A stretch of 64,000 nt of DNA from Lingula anatina (Eukaryota; Animalia; Brachiopoda). Of this stretch, positions 25,419 to 64,000 are shown in pieces. Position 1 is the stretch's first letter. Each line of letters begins with the position of its first letter. The stretch lies in contig CM120641.1 in the NCBI GenBank assembly GCA_051362555.1, positions 11,966,001 to 12,030,000 on the forward strand. The letters run 5' to 3'. A program made the position numbers and the translations under genes. The notes beneath the pieces were generated by a model. It worked only from the letters and a program-made list of their open reading frames with translations. It was not told the origin of the DNA and searched no databases.

Positions 25419-27491
25419 TTGACTGAAAGCAGATGAAATATTGGATGGTAAGATCAGACAAATATTAGTAGCTATAGACAAAAGAATCTTCACAAGTCCA
25501 ATGATATTGACATCTACATATCCTTATGCAGACGAAGCAATAGAGGAGAGAAAATTGACTAAAGGAAGTTTCAAATACCAGAAGCCGTTTTGATATTTTG
25601 TTGTGAGACTTTTGCTCATTATAGTATTCCAGAAAAATTATCCACCCTTGGCAGGGTTCTAGTAGGCCTATCATGTCATGTTGGTGCAAAATCCCTTGAC
25701 CACAGAACAGAAACGTACACAGCTTAAGTGAATAACCAGAGAAATATCTGTGAATATCTAGTGAACAAAATTCTCTCTGTGGTCCTGGTGTAGAGTAAGT
25801 TTCTAGTTGAAACCTAGAAATATCAACTTGGCGAACGTCGTCAAGAAGTTCTTGTCAGCTAGGACAGCATTAGTAAAAGCAACCATAATGGAACGTAGTT
25901 TTTTTTCGTTTGAATATTGATAGTCTACAATATTGGTGGTCAACCTAGTCACTTATTAATTAGTGCACATGTACACGTAGGCCATTAAGCCATCCGCTCA
26001 TCATTTCATAATTCACTTACATCTTGTCAGAAACCATCCAGCCTATTACCAAAATATGTATGATCAAGTCTTTCCCTTATTATAAGTGTGCCTGCCTTTA
26101 CTTTTCTTAATGCTTGCAGTCAATTTATATCCAGCCTCTTATTTTGTTCAGTTTTGTGGATTTCAGTATTTTACCCATTTCTGGTCTTTTTCACAATACG
26201 TTATGAAAAGCATTCCAAATTTCTAATTCCAAACGATTCTATAATCATTCTGTAATACAAATGAGACAAAAACAACCAAGTCAAAGTAATAACACTCTGA
26301 CAAAAAGGAGCATGCGGCCTTTAGTCACGCAAAAGTCTAATAAAGAAAATGGAAACGCGTTGAGTTACACCTCGATACCTACGTGACGCTACAAAATTTG
26401 ATATACTTAGTTGATATATTTAGATATAATTAGAAGGAGAGTGGTCATCATTTTCTTCCACAGTCGTTATATGTACGTTCTGTATTTTTCTATTATCTCA
26501 GTTAGCTATAAGCCAACTTTCTCTCTAGTTTTGCCTTTCCATTGTAAAGGTTTTGAACAGATTTGTATGGCGATGTTAAAAAGTTGAAAAGTTCGGCACG
26601 TTAGGATTTTTCCTTATCCGCCTAGATAAAGCGAAATAAACATTGTCATGTTATGAGATAATGCTGTGACATCAAAAATAAATCTCCCTCACCTGAACAG
26701 CAATCAATACCTTTTAAACGTATAAGTACTACAATCCGGTGTCGGGAAAACTTCATGAAAACATCAATTCTGATTTCCTTAAATTTTAACATATCATACC
26801 CCTTAAACATGTAAGCCAGATGATTAACCATTCAGAATTTTTGTGAATGTATCTTGACTAAATAAAGCTTTTCTGTGTTTTCAGTTTAAGTTTATTGGAA
26901 CTAAGGTACATAATGAGAAAAGTACCGCATATCGCCGCAGAAAACGTGTAGAGAGAAGACTGGTCAAAGTGATATGTTTGATGATTGGTGAGTTTGGTTT
27001 GCATTAACTTTCATTATAATTGTTCTATGAAGCCACCAAATTAAGGTAGTTAAGTAAGACCTTTCGGTGAAAGCGGAATCATAACTGATACTGAATAATC
27101 AAGTAGACCACGTCATATACCTTGTGGAAACTTATATTTCCCAGGTTGTTTTTTGGCCTCCTGGACCCCATATGCGGTGTTCTCAATGTGGGCTGCGTTT
27201 GGTGATGTCACGTCCATACCCAGTTTGGCGCGCGTCGTCCCAGCTCTACTTGCTAAGCTCTCATGTGTATGGGACCCCATCATCTACGTTGGGGGTAACG
27301 CCCATTTTAGGACCCACTTTGTAAAATACTTACCAAGAATGCTTACCAGAAAGTGCATTGAAGAAGGTGAGGATCAAAGAAGAAGCGACAAAAGCAGAAG
27401 TTCATTACCAGTCGACGAAAGAAAGCAATGCGAACTCAAAGAAATCATAAAGGAAAATGGCACGCAAGATTTGAGTGGCGACGATGAATAA
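21251..27491 (+). CDS. Opsin (class A GPCR photopigment), xenopsin-like, 363 aa
   Basis: Exons 21251-21892, 26885-26987 and 27145-27491 join through GT-AG introns in matching phase (0 and 1). Seven hydrophobic segments. Motifs C110 (GCTFY), DRY, GWSSYQPE181..C187, SWTPYA, retinal Lys296 equivalent (ALLAK, codon 27255-27257) and WDPIIY. Opsin identity is secure; the subfamily is an inference. Confidence 0.92.
23728..23819. mobile_element. 92-bp palindromic mini-element with CCCAGC/CCGGG termini
   Basis: cccagcaagcacataacgtt pairs with aacgttatgtgtttgccggg. The interior consists of AACGTT units. Confidence 0.7.
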
Positions 27492-27589
27492 AAATACATG
27501 ACACAGTGTATGGTGAGAATACTGGTTGATCGAGTTGCTGACGACCGTCCACAAATACCCATCAGATCTTGAAAGACAGCCTTTGTGTA

Positions 27590-27830
27590 CCCGAAAATAC
27601 TACCTGAAAACCGTTTGTGTTCTTTTTGTTAGGTGAAAGAAGATGAGATACACTTCATGTACCACTGTATCAGATATATAACAAGGAAGCATGACTTGTT
27701 GCACTAATAGAAAATTAAATGAAAACTATTCCCGTAAGTGACAATGAGAAACTTATTGCTTTGCTCACAACAAAGGACACACAAACCTTGCTGAGTGCGA
27801 GTCATTATAGTACAAATGATTCCAAACTCG
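27590..27830 (+). mobile_element. 3' fragment of a non-LTR retrotransposon (C-terminal zinc knuckle)
   Basis: Translates as LPENRLCSFC*VKEDEIHFMYHC, the CxxC..H....C motif of LINE ORF2 C-termini. A second copy lies at 29749-29849. Confidence 0.65.
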
Positions 27831-28096
27831 TAGTGACGTTTTGTGATGTGTAATTGCTGTAAATAATTTCTGGTACTTATGCAGTTTGCCCCCCAAAGAT
27901 ATGAAGCATACATATTGAATGTGAGCAGGCAAGAAAAAAAAACACCTTGTAGCAAAAATACATTGGCATTTGTACAATGTCTGTGCCTGTTTTGCTATAG
28001 CTTACCTTGGTGAGTTATAACACCACCTATCAACCCACAGTGTATTTATTTACCTATTTACCTACATGTGTGTACCAACCTGGGCACCTGTACATA

Positions 28097-28144
<48 letters not shown>

Positions 28145-28749
28145 GGCAGTGAGAATTGTGTGCATTTAAAAGATTGATCCTTTGGTAAAAATGTATATAA
28201 AGATATGGATTGGTTTTGTGTATGTGTGTAAAGAAATCATGCTACATCTTTAATTTTTTTATATTTTGAAGATATTGGTGCTGTTTGATCACCTCAAAAC
28301 CTTGAGGATATGAAGTGCTTGTTATTTGTTACATTACCACATTATGTAATCTACAAAAAAGTAAATTGATATTTTGAACATCTTGTTTTTCTTTTATCAA
28401 CAATTAAAGAATAATGATAATGATTGTTCTTGTAACTAAAAGTTGGCTTTTACAAAAAAATTAAAAATTTTAAAAACAATTAATACACATTATGACAATA
28501 CAACATAAAAGAATTCCCTGATTAAAATACTACATTTAAATGGCTTCTTTTGAATAGTTCAATATCATAAAAGAATTAAATTAATATAAAAATATTAAAT
28601 CAATCATTTCATTAAAAATAGTAACATAAAAGAATTCAATTATTAAAATATTATATCAATCAGTTTCTTTAAAATAGTTAAGAGTTTGTATATTAAAATT
28701 TCTGAGGGCATTTGATTAAAGTCTGCAGATCTGACAGTTTTAACCTTTG

Positions 28750-29710
28750 GGATATAGAAGTTCTGAGAGTGCCTCAGAGAATGCAAATGTTCTTTCATTT
28801 TTGGTAATAAACTCAGCAAGGCTCTTCCATACACTTGCATTTTTTTTGTAATGCTTCGGTGTACGAAATATTTGGATACACAGTATCTTAAAAACTCTCT
28901 TCTGGACAGATTTTTTTTTTAGCTTGGCACTTGGTCAGTCCAGGGTGCCACACTTGCACAGCATATTCAAGGGTAGTAGGACTTGCAACAGACATGTAGA
29001 TTTTCAGTAAGTCATGAGGTGAGAACCCACTTTCTTAAAATTCTTCTAAAATGTATTCTCTGGCTAGCCTTTTTGTTAATGTGATTGATATGGGTTTCTC
29101 AATTTAGATCTTGACTTATACCGAGTCCTAAGAATGCGGAAGAATTCACTCTTACCATCAATTGTTATTGGTTGGAATTCTGACCAGATTTTGAGAAATT
29201 GAACCTTATCTCCTTTGTTTCCTTGGAATTTATGGACATGTTATTTTTTTTTGTGACCAACAGAAGGTTTCTGTTGCAACAGTTTGTATTTGGTCTAGAG
29301 TTATTGGTGGCAAAATTAATTAGAGTTGTGTTGTCAACATATTTAAAGGTGTCTGTGGAGGTTTTGAGGTCATTGATCATTGCACAAAGAGCACAGGGCC
29401 AAGTTTTTACCTTGTGTACTCCAGCAATTATTCTGGATTTTCACAAATTGCTTTCTCTCTGTGAGAAATTCAGTGACCCACCAAATAATGACCTTGTGGA
29501 GTCCCAAAGGATGAAGTTTTTGTGTAAGTAGATAGTGAGCAATTTTGTGTCAAACACTTTAGCACAGTCTACCAGTAGCATTCTAGCATACCGACTTGGC
29601 AATGATATCAATGGCTTCAATCAAAGCAAAAGTAGTGCAACTACCCTTTATGCTGCCAAACTGTCTCTGATCAATTTTTTCTTGGATATTATTCCAAATC
29701 CATGATAAGC
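28750..29710 (-). mobile_element. Degenerate CR1/L2-like LINE reverse-transcriptase fragment
   Basis: Frameshifted RT pieces: QFGSIKGSCTTFALI, LLVDCAKVFD, MINDL..FKYVDNTT (YVDD equivalent), KETKEI and LEYAVQVWHPGL. Confidence 0.8.
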
Positions 29711-30260
29711 TACACATTTTCCTTTTATGGTTTTTGTAAGGTGAATGAAGATGAGCTACACTTCATGTGCCACTGTATCAAATATATACCAAGGAAGCAT
29801 GAGTTGTTTGCACTGATAGAAAATTAAATGAAAACTATTCCCGTAAGTATCACTGAAAGTGCACGATGACAACAGTGACAATAGACGCAGGTGATGGCTA
29901 TACAGATGTGTACGAACTCTTTGTCGATACATAAAATTGATAAATAAATCAAGTTTAGTCAAATTCAGTTTTTCAGACTTAGTTTATATTTTATTCCTTA
30001 TAATTCAAAGTATGTGCACAATATCAAAGGAACTTCTTTTTCTTAGATATTCTAATACAACATGACTTATTCAGATATTATAATTCCTAGATCAATAACA
30101 AAACCACTCAGTTGCTGCACGTTTATAATCAATCACAAATTATATATAAAAGTGCTCAAAAGGCTTTTTGTCACCAACAGAATGGTGGAATAATCCTACT
30201 GAAAATGGCTTTTGTATGCTAACCAATACTGCAATTTAAGTTATTTGCCTTTGACTTTTA

Positions 30261-30503
30261 GACCCCATTCCCATACCTAGATCAATCTAGCAGGATCGAC
30301 CCATCTCCGAGGGGATTCTCTCTAAATTGCATTCAGATTAAGCAGCTTAGATGTCTGGCACGCCTACTGAAGCTGCTAAATGATAGTTAATTATGCCCTA
30401 ACAGCTTCAGTAGGCGTGCCAGACAGAGCGAATGTAATTTAGCAAGAAACCCCTCAGAGATGGGTCGATCCTGCTAGATCAATCTAGGTATGGGAATGGG
30501 GTC
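30261..30503. mobile_element. PIF/Harbinger-type palindromic MITE
   Basis: Near-perfect long TIRs gaccccattcccatacctagatc.., with an inner palindrome and TTA on both flanks (30258-30260, 30504-30506). Diverged relative at 62564-62810. Confidence 0.85.
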
Positions 30504-31403
30504 TTAACCCACTGTGGTGTTATTCAAAGGACAGATATATTACTGAAATCCAGCTTTTAAAATGTCATCATACCGTGACAGTATATAATCAGATGTGAGC
30601 ATGGAGAGTCCATTCTGTGGGAGCATCTGCTTGCTACCACAACAAAGAGATTGTTGCTCCCTAGGAAGATATTAACTGACTTGTAGTCATAGATGATAAA
30701 CAATTTACATTTTGAATACTGAAGATACATGTAACCCTTTCTGTCTTTGGCAGGACAGGCTGTTAGCATGGTGTTCACTTATAATCCAACATATACAGTA
30801 CGCACAAGAAAGAGTTCCAAGTTGAACTGTCAACCTAAGGCCCTTTTCACATTGAATGGTATACTTTCCTGTACAGCTCCGCTTTGAGAGACTGACAATT
30901 TAATAGCCTGGCTATTACATAGCAAAGGAAGTTAAGCAGAGCCCTACGTTAGTTAACCAGGATTATTATGGTGAGAACATTGTGGCTTGTAAAAGAAACC
31001 TCCCATAGCTTGTATATATAAACATGAACAAAAAACTGTACCACTTGATGTGAGAAAGGTTTATGTGACAGTTCAGCCTGTATGAATATATACTGTGATC
31101 TTGATGTCAAAATGTTTGCTACAAGCCAACATTTTTAAATATTGCACTATGAGCTCACATGCCCATCATGGCAGCACAGACAATTACGTGTTTTAAACAA
31201 CACAAATATTTACCAATCCCTGCATCAGATATAACATACATTGTCCATCAGTTTATACAAATGTACATACACTTATAGGCTGCAGACTTTTCAAGTCTTT
31301 TTGGTAGCAATTGGTTGCAAAAAGTATTTAATGACATGTTTTTTTTAAATCTTAATGAGGGCCTTCCAGAGTCTACAAGATGTTGCTGAAGTCTGTTGTC
31401 CCA

Positions 31404-61647
<30,244 letters not shown>

Positions 61648-61649
61648 TG

Positions 61650-62150
61650 TCCTTCCGAATAATACCGTTTTCGATTTACATTAATTTCAAACCGCGACTT
61701 CCTGACAGTTCACTATGACTATATACATCGTTTTCAATATCAGAGTTCTATCACATGATGTTGAATATGACTCTCCATATGCTGAAGAGTGCCGTTTGTT
61801 TACAGAAGGTGGCAGCACCTCTCATTAGTCTGGCAAAACTATTCAAGATAGTCCATGTCTCAACCAAAGCATTTTGTGGTGCTGTTTGTGGCGCACTGGA
61901 TGAAGCGAGGGGGACTGTCTGATATTAAACAAGCAAGGTGGGTTATAGCTGCATAATGTTTCATTAATTGCGTTTTTATCAACTATTACATTACGAAAAA
62001 AAGCGAGTATGCTTTTAAACTTATAGTAGAAAAACTTAATTGATTCAGACAAATTTAACATGCACAGCATGGTCAATAAAGGGAACCGGAGGAAAAAGGA
62101 TTGTACCGGAAGTGTGCGTCATATGACGTCGAGTGGTGTAAGACATGAAG
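61650..62150. promoter_or_regulatory. Probable bidirectional promoter (VPS39 and the divergent gene)
   Basis: Short spacer between the VPS39 ATG and a + strand first exon. M-box TCACATGA at 61751-61758, CTCF-like AGAAGGTGGCAGCA at ~61804, ETS CCGGAAGT at 62106, TGACGTC at 62124. Confidence 0.55.
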
Positions 62151-62563
62151 CTGCCTGGTCATTTTTAGCTGGAAGTACATGAGAATAGAGCCGTGAGTGT
62201 GAAGTTGAAGCAGATTTTCTGACAGCATGGAAGCACAATTTTGCAACTTCAAGCTTCATGATTCACTTTCATATCATATTCCCCGTATTTCTACAAGTAC
62301 TGTATTCTCTGCTCAAAATGTAGAAAGACAAAAATATTATCTTACCATGCCGTCAGAAAATCTGCTACAACTTCACACTGTTGTGTACTTTCAGCTAAAA
62401 ATGACCAAGCAGCTTCATGTCTTACAACTCTCAATGTCATATGTTGCGCACTTCCAGCACAATCCTTTCTCCTCAGGTTCCTTTTAAGAACATCTATTTC
62501 TGCTGTGCCCATTATATGTAATTACAGGAAGGGACAGTTTTATTGTGTGAAATGAAAGCATAT

Positions 62564-62810
62564 GGGACCATTCTCAGACCCTATGGTACTAACTGTGGAT
62601 CGATCTATCCCCAAGGGGATTCTTGCTAAATTTCAATCAACAATTAGCAGCTTAATTAGATGTCTGTCACGCCTACTGAAGATGCAAGGGGGTAATTAAT
62701 TATCATCTAGCAGCTTCATTTAAGCTGCTTAAGCTGAAAGCAATATAGCGAGAAACCCCTTGGAAATGGATCAATCCTGGTAGATCGATCTAAGTATGGT
62801 GAATGCCCCC
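62564..62810. mobile_element. Diverged copy of the 30261-30503 MITE family
   Basis: Shares ggatcga..aggggattct..ctaaatt, gcagctt, cacgcctactgaag and agaaacccct..atcctg.tagatc.atcta.gtatgg. Confidence 0.75.
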
Positions 62811-63758
62811 CCCCCCTTCCCAAGTAATTGACACTGGTGTGAAATTCTTTAAAGTTTTGAGCATTCACTGCAGTTCTTTGGTATTGAACTGTAATTTGTT
62901 TTTGGTGTTGGTGTTGTGACCCTTACACGCTTCCATACCTTCCTGGCCTGTAAGACATTCTGTCAAGAATGCACTGCCCTCTGTGAAACTGAGATCCTGC
63001 TTATCAAGTCTAGGTGATGCTTATGTAAACAACTGTTTCTGAGTCAGTCATAGGTCTATCATCATAGGTAGTGAAGTATGGCTTATCACGGTAAAAAACG
63101 GCCTGTTTTGTGTGAGTATTTTTCACTTCAAAATTACTGTTTTGTAAGTGCCGTGTTTTACATTCACTTAGGGATTTCAGTGTTCACAAACAAGTTTGTC
63201 ATTAGGATAGTTGGTAAATATGGAACAGGTCCTCTCTTATTTTTTCTTTGCTGTTAGATATTTGTATGCTACAGTCTAAGCTTCTTCCTATATTGCTTTG
63301 TAAAAGAAACATTGTCAGGGCAAATGTTGAAGCAATCCATTGAACATTTTTGACTGTGTTCAAACTCCACTCACCATCGCTGAACACTGCTCAACAGGTG
63401 ATAAAATGCTCTGAACATTTGACCTCAACAAATGTGAAGAAATGTTCAGTGAAATGTTGAGTGTTTTAACCATGAAAGTATTTTAAATTGATTTGATTCC
63501 TCAAATTTTTGACACCTTAATTTTAAAATAAGATGTTTTTCATTTTCTCATAACAAATGCTGCTCATTTGATATTCTATACTGTAAGAATTAATGCATGT
63601 CTATGTTTAAGCATTAAGTAACATTTAATTTAACAATTTCTTTTTAAAAATTGCTTGGTCCCTATTAAATTAAGAATAACATTAATACTCTTCATGTATA
63701 TTTGCATCTTGAACAGTGAGATTTTACACAAATATATGATTAAACTTCACACTTGCAG

Positions 63759-64000
63759 ATGTCTAGTACCAAAGAAAATGAAGCCAAAGCTGGTCTGTCA
63801 ACAACTTCTGGAAAGTCGAGGATGCTTAAAAAACACACTGCTCGCAAGACAATGTCTTCGCGCTGTAAGGTACAAAGTAAAATGATGGTGAGTGCTGCTT
63901 GCAAGACTGGGATTGTGGTAAGCACAGATCCTGAAAGAGTCAGGGATGAGTCGGCAAACAAGATGGCAGTAGTGCATACTAACAGCAATACAAAAACAAG
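63759..64000 (+). CDS. First coding exon of an unidentified gene (runs off the right edge)
   Basis: Acceptor cacttgcag directly followed by ATG at 63759. The frame is open to the window end (MSSTKENEAKAGLSTTSGKSRMLKKH...). Candidate upstream exon ends at donor CC|GTGAGT (62192/62193). No recognisable domain. Confidence 0.5.
   Translation, partial: MSSTKENEAKAGLSTTSGKSRMLKKHTARKTMSSRCKVQSKMMVSAACKTGIVVSTDPERVRDESANKMAVVHTNSNTKT

Overview
AT-rich, intron-rich animal genomic DNA. The opsin type suggests a spiralian/lophotrochozoan invertebrate (inference). I reconstructed three spliced genes by hand. (1) A paladin (PALD1)-like phosphatase on the - strand, 13 coding exons from 13768, running off the left edge. 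(2) A 3-exon, 363-aa opsin with the retinal-binding Lys, xenopsin-like, on the + strand at 21251-27491. (3) A complete 24-exon, 884-aa VPS39/Vam6 gene on the - strand at 61647-31404. A fourth, unidentified gene appears to start divergently at the right edge. A full-length DIRS1-type tyrosine-recombinase retrotransposon (3590-8555; gag, RT-RNaseH-MT, YR with one nonsense codon, ITRs plus ICR) sits in a GC-AG intron of the paladin gene. VPS39 introns hold a divergent tRNA-Pro pair, a 3.9-kb P-like element, a 4.2-kb unclassified insertion and several MITEs. The most interesting signal is in the DIRS element. An in-frame U-UUU-UUA -1 slippery site and a phase-matched GT-AG intron over the RT region together predict Gag, Gag-Pol and Gag-YR products from one transcript. 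All coordinates were read manually and no database searches were run.
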